Below are positions 1 through 11,895 of a DNA stretch of 64,000 bases, piece after piece. This DNA is from Cycas panzhihuaensis (taxonomy: Eukaryota > Plantae > Cycadophyta), in NCBI GenBank assembly GCA_023213395.1, contig CM041465.1:88419741-88483740 (forward strand), written 5' to 3'. The translations under genes and the position numbers were made by a program. Position 1 is the stretch's first letter. Every line of letters begins with the position of its first letter. Below the pieces are notes generated by a model. It had not been told where the DNA came from, searched no databases, and saw only the letters and a program-made list of their open reading frames with translations.

Positions 1-187
1 GACCAGAAACGGGGTATAAACCCACCCAAAACCAAGACTGGAACACAGGCTAAAATCTTCAAACAATCATAACTTTTGTTATAGATGTTAGAATTGACTT
101 TTGTTTGAACCGTTAGAATACTGGTTCAGAAACCTTCGATTTGAATGGTCACATGGTATAGTTTTGACCATATTTTGGGATACTACA
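1..187 (-). repeat. Partial Gypsy LTR, same family as element B (42454-53661); runs off the window
   Basis: Aligns by eye with 53440-53661 and 42800-43021 (ggggtataaa, cataacttttgttataga, ggtatagttttgacca). Ends ...ctaca, the minus-strand TG start. Confidence 0.85.
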
Positions 188-1400
188 TGGGGTTATCCTG
201 CTCAAGTCCAAGCTCACTAAGAATTTGCCTTCACTAAATAGTCTCACAAGCTGTGTTGTCTATAGCTTTGTACTCTGCTTCTGCATAGGACAAGGTAACA
301 TTGGGTTGCTTCTTGCAACTCCACGAAATGACTCTTGAATCAAGGGTGAAACAATATCCCAAAGTTGATTTGCAACCATTTTAGCATCCTGCCCAATCAG
401 AATCTGAGAACCCCTCCAAGATGAAGTTCTCATTATGTGTATACTAAAGGCCATGCTGCAATGTGCCTTCGAGGTATCTCAATATATGTTTTGTCGCATT
501 CTAATGCTTCTAATTACGCTGAGACATGGACCTAGAACAAATCCCAACTGCAAATGAAATATCCAGTCTAGTGTTGGTGAGATAGATTAGGCTACCCACT
601 AGTTGTTGATATAATGTGGGATTTGTTGGTTCTACTTCCTCTTCGAACAAACTTAATACCATTCTCCATTGGTGTAGGAAAAGATTTGCAGTCATCCATT
701 CTAAATCATTGCAAAATGTCCCAAGAATACTTGGCTTAATAAATGGAGATATGACCTAGTTGTTGCCACACCTCCATGCCTTAAAAATAATGGAGTCATC
801 CAAGATTAGTCATCTCAAAACTCCTCTTAAGATCATCCTGGAAAATTTGAATTGTCTTAGTGTCATTTCCCGTGATCACTAAGTCATCAACATACAAAAC
901 AACAAAGACAACATGGTTCTCCCTAACTTTTATATACAAGTTAGGATCTGATGAGGATCAATAATATCAGTGTCTCAAAAAATAATCATCAATTTTAGAG
1001 TACCATGCTCTTGGGGCTTGTTTAAAACCATACAATGCCTTCTTGAGGTGACAGACCAAATGTTGTTTGTCGTGTACAATGTATCTAGGAAGCTACTCCA
1101 AATATATCTCCTCTTGAAGATTGCCATTAAGGAAGGCACTCTTCACATCCATTTGATAGATTGGCCACTTGCATTGAACAGCTGAGGGCAATATAAGTCT
1201 GATGGTGTTTATGTTCGCCACAGGTGCAACAATCTCCTTATAATCAATGCCTTCCTTTTGCTTAAAACCCTTCGTAACAAGTCAAGCCTTATAGTGCTCG
1301 ATTAAACCATCAGAGTTGAATTTGGTTTTATATACCCAATTACAACTGATTGCTTGTTTGTTTTTAGGCAATTCCACCAAATCCCAAGTTCCATTCTTTA
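188..1400 (-). pseudogene. Ty1/Copia RT-RNaseH remnant
   Basis: [37 protein letters not shown] and YQQLVGSLIYLTNTRLDISFAVG motifs; many stops and frameshifts. Confidence 0.9.
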
Positions 1401-2190
1401 TTCCACCTCTTTATCTTGATCAAGGTCAATTCCTTGTTTGTCTACCAAAGTTAAGAATAACCTTTCTCTCAGCAGTGATGCTCCCTACTCCAATTTTGAC
1501 CATAAAAGGAGCATAGTCCTTGTGCCCTTAACTCAGCCATATCCTTCTTTAATTTATAAGGATCTATACCAACTTTTTCTTGATTTACTAGAGTGGATGT
1601 TGACATGGAATTTCTATTAATATGATTCACATTGGTTTTGGTATCTAACCCCTTTTTCTGTGAAAACAATATATCTTCTAGTGTACCAATCAGTTCGATT
1701 ATTGTTAGATCCCTTATTTCTCCATGCCATTACTTTTTCTAAATGCCTGACCTTTTGGATGGCTTCTTGAATGCTTTTAAGAGTGTGTAATTTCAATTCT
1801 TCCCATAGTTCCTCCTTAAGGCCTCCAATGTAGGTCTTTAATAACCATTCTTTAGGCATATTATCAACTCAAGTTACTAAAGATTGAAATTTATTCACAT
1901 AATCTTCTACTAATTCTAATTGGTGTATTTAAGTTGATTAAAATAATTTTTATCCCATGTCTTTTCGTATTGCTTAAAAAAATATTCTATGAATGTTTGT
2001 TGATTTACTATCACGTCCTGTGTTTCATGGTTCCACCATAAAAAACATTCATACGCATTTCCTTTCAAGTGTAGCAACACAACCGTTATTTTTTCTATGT
2101 CCTCCTTGAGATTAATTTTAAAATAAGCATCTAGTTCACTTATCCAAATTCTGGGATCAGTATCAAAATCCTTCCCGAACTTCAAAATAT
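1401..2190 (-). pseudogene. Ty3/Gypsy gag remnant
   Basis: DPRIWISELDAYF...LHLKGNAYECFLWW, TYIGGLKEEL and the decayed knuckle GLCSFYGQNWSREHHC. Resembles the gag of elements A-C. Confidence 0.85.
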
Positions 2191-2957
2191 TAATTTTATC
2201 ACAATTTTTTTTTTGGAACTATACCCTGCAAGCAATGGACCAATGATGGTCAAGCCACACTGCTATAGCCACAAGCAAAATAGAGAGATAGAAAGATTGA
2301 CACAAGAACTTTAAGAGAAGGGAGAAAGTACTACCAGCAAAAGCCCTTCTGCCATGCCAATAGTCCTCATTAGAAAAAAAATGCCACATGGGAAACAAAT
2401 GACTTTGTCAAGCAACATCTTGAGTTTTGTGGGTGAAGCCTCCTACAAAGGGGGAGGACTTCTTATGAACCCAAGCCACAATGCTTGGCTCCCAGATCGA
2501 CTTCCCTAGTTTAGGTTAACACTTAAGCACCCAAAATTGAATGGCCCCTATTGCCCTATAAGAGGGAACGATAGTGTCATTGACATTCATCATTGTAGCA
2601 TTGATTGGAGGTTCTCCTTCTCAGTTGCACCCCGATGGAGCATATTCTGATTTCATCTTTCATTTTAGCTTATTAAATTTTTAGGTTTTTGAGTTGCGTC
2701 ACCCTTATGGATTTCCCGCATGACATGCTTCAATTTAGAATGCCCACTTAATCAAGAAAAAAAAATCCATCCAATTCTACTAACACAATGCAATATAATA
2801 CATTCATCGACTAGCATCAAAAGAAGTGTGTCAAAATCATAAACAAAAATGCTTTGTCAAGAGTAATCACTAGCATTAACCCAAGTATGTTGAAGGTACC
2901 ACTCAACATAACATAAATAACCCTACCAACCATTTAACGCACATACTCCACCCACCA

Positions 2958-2975
2958 CCCCCCCCCCCCCCCCCC
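2958..2975. repeat. Poly-C homopolymer (18 nt)
   Basis: Seen directly. Confidence 0.9.
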
Positions 2976-4429
2976 ACTCTCTCATAAAGTGCACATGTCA
3001 ACCATTGATCAACACAACATTAAGACTACAGCAAATTTAAATATCCCCTAGAAGTATGGCTATCCCATTACATAATGCATTAAAATTATTTAAGTATATA
3101 ACCCCCCAATAATGTTAAATCAAGTAGACTACATTAGACAATCCGTCAACACAACTCCCCAAGGACTAGTCCATCAAAACTAAGTTGCATAAAATATAGT
3201 TAACTCCCTTATAACTCAAAAAAAACATATATTATATTCAATCTATTCAACACTAATACTGTTAACTAAAAAGAAGTATAAATATGGTCAAAACATTTCT
3301 CTTATGGATATAGTTAAAATTTAATACATCATTATACATCTGTAACAAACACATTAAAGAATAGTCATCAAGCATCAGCATCAACTTGATCTTGTTGGGA
3401 TCCTCATCAGCATCCTTCTTGGCAACTTCTATTGAGCACAAACAACAACTTCAAACTTCAATGTTGGTTGACAACACCCATCCTCAATGCACCCAAATCT
3501 AAAATCCAAACATTTATTGACACACCTATATTAATTGCTCAAAACATCATATTCATGCTTCATCATTGTTGATTAACATACTCTAGATGCACTGTCTAGT
3601 TAATGAAGCTACTAGAATTGAACTAATACGGTCTTGTTGCACATAACACATCAATGGTTCAAGGCATCTAACACTATGAATCAAGACCTAGGTATTAACT
3701 AACAATATAGTCTAATTCTCATTCAGACCACTAATTGCAACTTCAGTCAACCGAGTGGAAGACCAGTGCTCATTTGCTCCCATATCCAAGCCTGCTATTA
3801 ACCCATCAAAATCCTCTTTGGTCTACGAAAACTCCAAGATTTATTTGATAAACCTCTATAGGCATACTTCTATGTCAAAATATAAAATGCAAGTAGCATA
3901 TTTAACAGACACAACATTGAAATACCCTTAATGCATATTGAACATCTGGTTCAGCTATCCCGGTTCAGTCAACTCAGGATAGCATGGGTGTGACTAATGC
4001 CCATCTTCAATCAACAAATTGCAATACACATACACATACACTCTCAACAGAAAGTAGACATCTAAGGCATATTACAGTCACCGATGCCTCTAAATACATA
4101 GCCTCCCCACTTTGTTGATTGCATCTCCATCAATGCAGCAACAAGGATGCCTTCAATAAATGTCCCTACTTTGTCACACTATTGTAAATCACTCTGGTTG
4201 ACACCAATTATGATTAACAAAACAACAATGCCATCAACACAAGCCAACACAACAAATACTAAAACTCTCAAGCATCATCAACTTACTTACTTTCAGTGCA
4301 ACAAAGCAACTTCTCTTGGGCCATGTTGTTCTTGCCCACTAGTTGTAGGGGAGTTATATCATCCACAAAGGACCCTTCAAAATTTGAACTTAGGGAAAAC
4401 GATGCCAAAATGTTAGAGAGGGTAGGATT

Positions 4430-6895
4430 TGTTAGAATAGCTTGGTTCACACTTCTCGAGGCAAAGTTGTAATGCACATTTGTGCAATTAATTTTATTAT
4501 TATGTTTGTATTTCGTGGTAGGTCCCACGCATAGCCAATTTGTGTATTATAAATACACACTTAATGTGTCATATTGAAATATTGATGTAACAATGTTCTT
4601 ATGGTGTTAATTCAAGTTAAGGTACCTTAAGGGTACCATTGTGATCCTAGTGTTTGTTTCTTTTAATTCTGCATTGCTATTTTCTGTCAACTTCATTTTT
4701 CTACATGGCATTAGAGCCAAGTTGACTATCAAAGCTATGGTGAAAAAGCAAGGTTATTGCCAAGTTCTTTGTCTTGCAGGTTTACCATCGTTAAGGTGTT
4801 GCCAGTTCGTTATTGAGGATTTGTAGATTTTGTGAGGCTACCAATTTGTTGCAACATTTCTCATCATTGATGTGTATTAAGGTTGCCAATATTGCTGTTA
4901 AGGTTTGCAATTTGCTCATTGTGCCAGAAGCTCCATTGTGCCAGAGCCATTTCAACCCATCGCAATCTATTCAATTTCGTTTAGAAAGTCATATCATTCT
5001 GTTTGTGTCGTTCATTCTTGTTTGAAGTTGTCTAAAATTTGTTTGTTCTATTCTATATATACATCATCCCATTTGGCTCCATCTGTATCTGTTGCACTCC
5101 ATTTCTACCCTACACAATGGAATCATGCTGGTTTGCCAATTCTCAGTTTGTTGTAGGCTACTAGCTGCCAACAAGGATTTAAAGATAGCCATGGCTTGTG
5201 GTGTTGTTTGTGAAGACGTCTATTTGTGGATGTAACTGGTGTTGTGGTGAAAAACCTAATATGGCACCATAGTTTCCCATTGTCTATGACGTGATTTCAT
5301 AGATTGTCTGTCTAGTTTGTTTTAGGTCTTCGCCCTTCTCAGTTTCTTCATCAATGCTCAACCAAATTGTCAGAATGGGTTTTGGAAATTAAGCCATTAT
5401 GGGATATTGGTACTGAAAAATACGAAGCTCCAAAACTAGTTTATCTTGAAGTTGAATTAACACTTGATCAAGAGTAGGAATTGACAAAACTTCTAAAGAA
5501 AGATGTAGAAACACTCAATTACATCTTCTCTACTTTGAAAAAGAATGTATACACTCAGATATATCATGCTGCTACTTCAAAGGAAGCATGGAATATATTG
5601 AAATCTATTTATGATCTAGATGTCAAGCCACTTGAAGAAAAGCCAGTGGTTGTTGAAGACAAAAACAAGTCTGAAAAGGTCAATAAACCTGTCATCCCAT
5701 TTGCTTGTTTCAGAAGACCAAAGCCTTAAGGTAATATTACAAGTGATCTAGATACAGGTAAACAAGATTCTCAAGAAAATACAAATATTCATGTTGAGAA
5801 GGTATGTCAGAAACATGATGAAAAGGCATGTCAAGGAGACATGGTTGAAAACATTGTTGATGAAACTACTACTAAATGTGAAGAGACTATGGTTGATTGC
5901 ATTGTTGAATCTGATGAAACTACTACTATTGAGTATGTTGAATGTAATGATTCTATTGTTGTTATTGGATCTACTAATGATTGTGGTCAAGTAATTCAAG
6001 ATGTCAAAGTTTCTTTAGATGTTCTTGTTACTTCAAAGTAGATTGTACTTGAAGTTGAAGATGAAATCAAATTTATTTATATCTGCTGATGTTACTGATA
6101 ATTCAAATTCAAGTGAAGTTCTTGTTTTGAATATTGATTCAAATTTGGATATACAAGTTTTGAAAGATGATTTTGATGATTCAAATAATGAGCAAGATTT
6201 GCAAATTGATGAAGATAAACAGATTATGATTGAACCTAATTTAGGAGGTATTCTTGAACCGAATTTTGATACGAGAATGACAAGATCTTAAGCGATTCAA
6301 AATGATGAACCTAAGCAAAATACAAAAAAGTCAAAAAAAAGGTTCATGATCTGAGAGAAATGCTACAAGATCTACATCAAAATCAGAATGAATTTATAGA
6401 GAATTAGTATGGTAATCAAAATGTTGTACAGATAATGAAGAACTCAATTTTACAAAGAAGAATGCAGCACATCAAGATCAAGCATCATTACTACATTTAA
6501 GAGTTGATACAACAAAGACAAATTGAAGATCAAATTGAAGACCAAGTTTCAAATATCATTTCAAGATATTTCCGAAGCTCAAGCACTACAAACTCAAACC
6601 AACATCCATGTTCCCAAATGTGCATTATGGGGGAGTGTTAAAATAGCTTGGTTCATACTTCTCGAGGCAAAGTGCAATTAATTTCATTATGATGTTGGTA
6701 TTTTGTGGTGGATCCGACGCATAGCCAAGTTGTGTATTATAAATACACACTCGATGTGCCATATTGAATTATTGATGTAATAATGTTCTTATGGTGTTAA
6801 TTCAAGTTAAGGTACCTTAAAGGTACCATTGTGATCGTAGTGTTTGTTGCTTTTCATAGTACATCATTATTTTCTGTCAATTTCATTTTTCTGCA
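4430..6895 (+). mobile_element. Non-autonomous Copia-derived gag-only LTR element (TR-GAG-like), 2.47 kb
   Basis: LTRs 4430-4705 and 6636-6895 (TG..CA); PBS tggcattagagc at 4706; PPT tgggggag before 6636; TSD ggatt/agatt; gag remnant inside and no pol motifs seen. Confidence 0.88.
5350..6590 (+). pseudogene. Copia gag (UBN2-like) remnant followed by a long D/E-rich tail
   Basis: YIFSTLKKNVYTQIYHAATSKEAWNILKSIY, then acidic low-complexity fragments (ORFs 5841-6041 and 6019-6291). Confidence 0.7.
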
Positions 6896-9800
6896 AGATT
6901 CAACATCTCCAACCAACCCAAATGCTCCAACAAAACACAAGAACCACATTCACCAGGAAAGAAGAGGAGAGCGAACAGACAATGAAGCATGGTGTGGAAG
7001 AATCTCCATGTATTCATCAATAGCAGCATACATACAATAAGAGGGCTTGAGCTCATGGGCTGCCAAGAGACTCACACATCAATGCATCAACAACATTACC
7101 CAAACTATTGCCCCTCTCAACATTAAATGCATAACTTAGAGAAGTTGGACAGTTCACACCAACCCCAATTAATCCACATAAATCCTCCTTTCTTTCTTTT
7201 TACCCTTATGCGACTCCCACATTACATTTATTATGGCAATGATACCCACATTCAGTAGGCCATCCACCTTATCCCCAAAACTATGATGTATGAACTACAA
7301 AACAACAGAAAGATGGAACCACATGACATGGTTGGAGAGAAAATGCTAAAGATAATATCCATGTCTACTAAATATGCATATCAATTTTTCCTAAATGCAT
7401 GACATGAGCCCCAAATAAAAAAAAAACTTGACCTACTTCATCCAATATATATGCAACACCGAGCATCAATCCCCTGAGCAATAATTTAAGGAGATCCCCA
7501 CCAAAAAGAATAAAATATTCCACTGAAGAGTTAGAACCTCTAGATTGTCAGCTCCCATGTCAAACCTCACCAGTGCATGTCTTGCCTTTACCTCTCTTCC
7601 GAAAGATTCTCACACATCCTGGCATTGACATCTGCATCACTTGATTTTCCAAATGTGATCAATTGGATTTTACAAAAAGAAATCCAGCAACATTATACAG
7701 TTATCCTTTAACACATCAGATGCTTCAGGCTATAAGCTCCAAAAGGATGCTGTTAAGCACTGGGTGAAAAACTGCAAAAGAAAGTTAACATAAAAAAAGA
7801 AAAGGATGTGAACTTTGCATTCCTCTAGACAGCCCATAGCATCATCCCTGACAGTTTTTGATGGAAGCATATAGCGAGACATCCAACAAAAGAATTTGAT
7901 AACTTGGAACTTCTAACTCAATAGTGAATGACTGACACAAGAAAGAAAATGCACTTTTGATTGTATTATCCACTGATGATCCTTAGATGCAGCTGTGTCT
8001 TAAGGCTAACCAATCCATGTTCAACACACACAGCAAATTTTCCCAAAGGCAGCCAGCAGAATCCACTCCCAGCATGTAAAGCCAATATACAAATATTCAG
8101 CCAACCCTCCAAAAGCAGACAAGAAGCTATAGAGTTTCAGAAGCCTTCAAATGGGTAGTACTTGCCCTTAAATAGATGAATCAGCAGCATTCAAAGGAAC
8201 ACAGGATCTTCTTATTTATTCCCATTTTTTTTATTTTCATATAAACAATATTGTTAACTGGGAACAGTTTATAATAATATCAAATCAGAATACTTCTTTA
8301 TAATTGTTTCTTAAATACACATGCATCACATGTTCAATTGCTAAACTCTCTGACCAAGAAAGGGACTATTAATTACTTCAATGAATAAATGAATCATTAT
8401 TTTAAAACTAGAACACATCATGCAACTCTGATTTGTGAGGCCCTCAAGTACCACACCAAGTACTTGGTATCTTCCCTATGAGATGCAGTCCCATAATCCA
8501 GAAAATACTAGATGTTAAAAGCTAAAAAGGAAACCAAAATGCTCTCTCATGCACCCCTTCAATCTTTATCCAAAAAAAGAGAGACCATTCTTTTCTTTCA
8601 CTTCTGCTTTCACTTCTCTCTCAATGGCATTCCATTATCAAGGAATTTTTGCTATGTCCCAATGCTGCAATGGATAGAAAACAGCAAGCTCTTGCTCAGA
8701 AAATTAGATTGCATACACTATTTCAAATGGCAGTAAATGAAGAGCATAAGGTGAACATGAAATAAATAATTCTGACTTCAAAACAAAATAAGCCAAGCCA
8801 CTTCCTCCAAGAAGGGCCAATAACAGGATACCCACACGCATGTGCACGCGCACACACACACAGTTTGAGGCTAGCAACCATGAATGAATCACTAATTTTC
8901 CATGCACTATCCCTTACACTCCTTTCATCAATGAACTCAACATGCTATAGCGTGTTGGCCAATTTTCAAATGATTGTATAAACAGTCCTCAACCACCTCT
9001 AACTTACTACTGCCTCAAAAGTTGTTTCTCAGCATTTATAGCTAACCCAATAACCATTTTGCACATTCTACCATGTGATGTATCATGAATGCTCGACTTT
9101 CCAATACTACAATACTTCTAGGGCTTGCAAAACCACCGACTCCCACTGTAACCAAAAAATTTGGGTCTGATTAAAAATAGCAGTTTTGTACATTTTTCCC
9201 ATGTAATATTCAAAAACGCTTAAAAGCATTCTCTCATTACCAAGAGGATGAAATCTTAATGATAGCTTTGGGCCATCACTGAGATCATTTTTTACTGTTT
9301 TTTACCAGAATGTCAAACAGAGTTGGGTTGACATCTTTCACTGTAAAATTCGTACTGGAAAAGTTGTGGGTGAATTTTACAGTACATTTGGTGCCTGTGG
9401 AAGCCAGGTCACTGTTTTACAGCGTATTTCATACCGAGGGATCTGGGACAACATTTTTCACAAGTTCTCCTCTTATTTTTTGTCATTTCTCTGAGATTGT
9501 TATGGGTCTTTACAGAAAGATTTCACATATTTTTGTCAAGCTACTTTAAATTTCTATATTTTTTACTAAACATTTATTTACATAGATTTACATCAATTTT
9601 CTTCGGAAATTCATAAATGCATTTAATGTCCAACATAGACGTGTATTATATGAACTTTGTGACCTTGGCCATTCCTGAGGCGATGGGCTTATATGTTCAC
9701 CTCATTTACTGTTTGCAACAGAAATTTTGGCTTAATAGATTGACATTTCAAATGCTATAGACACATACAAATGCATACACTATCATAAGGGAATAGACTC

Positions 9801-9967
9801 ATGACATGTTTATTTTCTCTAAATATCTCCATTTAGAAGGAAGTTCTCCCGAGGACAAACATATTTAGTTCAAACAAGTCATTATACGATATGCCTGATT
9901 TGTTGGTTCATTTACAAAATCCACAGAATACAATGAAGGAAAAGGAAGAATGATGAAAGATAAGTAC

Positions 9968-10044
9968 TTGCAAGTGACTTGCCACATTTTCCCTTGTAAG
10001 CCCTTGAACATTCATCAGCTCAAGTATTCTCTTGGGAACGGCCT
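9968..10044 (-). CDS. Type-B response regulator, 77-bp GARP exon
   Basis: Translates (K)[25 protein letters not shown]. Acceptor ATGCAG ends at 10045; donor GTACTT starts at 9967. Ends in phase 0 after SHLQ, the usual GARP intron position. Confidence 0.95.
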
Positions 10045-10281
10045 CTGCATACATGCCAATCACTTGGGTTACACTCAAGTAGATTCTCTGCAAACAGCAC
10101 CGTAAATTTCACAATATCAAGAAAAGAAATAAAGGTGTCATCAAAGTGCTCCCAAAAACCAATTCAGCTCATTCCCATAAGATTTTCATCCTCTTGTGGT
10201 TGATGTAGTTTAGCAAAATAACTTCTCTAATGTTAAACAGAGAATTATGCAAAAACAGATAAACGTAGCAACTGTCCTTAC

Positions 10282-10674
10282 TGTCAATTCCTAACTGGTT
10301 TACAGCACAGACAAACTGTTGATGAAGCTCCACAGACCAGACTACTCGTGGTTTCTTTAGGGTAGAAGAATCGTCATTATCCTGTTCCCCATCATCATCA
10401 TCTTCCTTCCTTTTTCTTGAATGTTTAGAATTACCATTAGTTCCTTCATTGGCAGAGGATGCATACTCAACATCATCTAAAGCTTTCTTGTGCTTATCAC
10501 TATCTTCAACGCTACCCGAATGTTCTAGTTCCTTTGATTCATTCCTCCTTTTCCGAATCACGTGCTGCCATATGGTCCTCAGTGCCTCTATGCGTACAGG
10601 TTTTATCAGGTAGTCACATGCCCCATGTTTGATTCCTTTCATCACTACACTTGTTTCCCCATCTGCTGACATCA
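10282..10674 (-). CDS. Type-B response regulator, internal exon: receiver C-terminus, acidic linker/NLS, start of GARP (Myb-like) domain
   Basis: Translates (M)[27 protein letters not shown]...RKRKEDDDD...[25 protein letters not shown]. Acceptor CTGCAG ends at 10675; donor GTAAGG starts at 10281. 393 bp, in frame with both neighbours. Confidence 0.95.
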
Positions 10675-10782
10675 CTGCAGTTCCAGACAGCAGGTTAATT
10701 ATTTGACCTTCTATTGAGATGGTAAATAAACCATAAGACCTTTATGACCTAAACATGGGAATGTCTGGAACAGAAGACTCAC

Positions 10783-10935
10783 TGATGACAGGTAGATCCA
10801 TCTCCAATCCAACATGTTCAAGAAGCTTAAAGCCATCCATGTCTGGCATGTGAACATCACTGATGACCAAGTCAAAGCCACCTCTTCTCTCTCGGAGCAT
10901 TGATAATGCAACCGTTGCCCGACAGCATGTTGTAA
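10783..10935 (-). CDS. Type-B response regulator (ARR1/ARR2-like), internal exon, receiver domain with phospho-acceptor Asp
   Basis: Translates (V)[50 protein letters not shown]. Minus-strand acceptor TTTTTTCAG ends at 10936; donor GTGAGT starts at 10782. 153 bp, phase 1/1. Confidence 0.95.
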
Positions 10936-11895
10936 CTGAAAAAAGTAAGTTAATCATTGCCATTCATATCTCTAAAAATGAGCTTTGCAAACACAAAATC
11001 CTGGAGAACTATTAATTTAAATCTATACAATAAAAACCTTCCATATTACTATATTTATTCCATAAAACACACAACTTCTTTTCCCAATTCTTATTCGCAA
11101 GCACTTCATGAAACCAAACACAGAAATGTGCAAAACACAACAGCAACAGCATATCACTGCAAATATGAATTGCAACAACATTAACTCCAAACAGGGCATC
11201 ATGCCATGTCAAAGAAATAAAACCACAACACTAACACTGGAAATTGAAAATATTGAAGAAAGAAAACTAAAACTATGGACACCATGCCACAGTGCATCTC
11301 CAAAACAGGCATCCCCCCAATTTCCAAGTGAGACTGGCACTTTAAATGTCTTCATTTAAGCACGAGCACTCATAAGAAATATGGGGATCCAATATTCTAA
11401 CTCCCTGAATGTGGAATACTTGCAAATGCCATCTTTCAACTGGTAAACATTGGCACAGAAAATGTGTCAAAAAGTGTTTTTGAAGAAGAAAAATATTGCA
11501 AGTCCATAACAAAAAATATTGCAAGTCCATAACAATAGCAGTAACCTAAAATAAATTACCAAGACTTCTCAGAAATATGGAAAACATCTTTTAAGAAATA
11601 CAGTAATTTCTTTCAAAATTAAAACTAGAATATACTGAAACACTTTTCTGAGGCTATAATAGAAGAAAGAAGAATATATCATATTTGCTTGCCCATTCAA
11701 AAGATAGAATATTGGCAAGAAAAATACAAAGCGCACAAAACCTATCACTACAATCTTCTGCTGGAGTAACACCTCAAACTTGAACTAAATGCTTCCTTTT
11801 GGGCCTGAGATCATATTTTCTGCAATTAATTCCTTAGACCATAGGCTCCCAAGTTTTTCAAACAACAAAGTTTCCATTCATATTAGAGATAACAT

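Larger units (their letters stand above)
2300..7140 (-). mobile_element. Possible very old LINE ORF2 remnant, split by the 4430-6895 insertion
   Basis: Only short broken motifs, in LINE order on the minus strand: FNV.RG (~7120), LAAHELK (~7050), SP..DGLS (~3150), LDKAF (~2855). Boundaries are approximate. Confidence 0.3.

Noticed and set aside
4452-4468. cttctcgaggcaaag resembling the chromovirus LTR hairpin motif
   Set aside because: Short, in the opposite orientation relative to the element, and lacking the second stem; probably chance.
10169-10281. ORF-track extension [10 protein letters not shown]... and the N-terminal MAMINLLFS of ORF 10742-10963
   Set aside because: Intron read-through beyond canonical splice sites.
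11491-11535. Short direct repeats (23 bp here, 27 bp at ~40566-40620, 21 bp at 31880) as CRISPR-like arrays
   Set aside because: Only two adjacent copies each with no spacers; ordinary slippage duplications in eukaryotic DNA.
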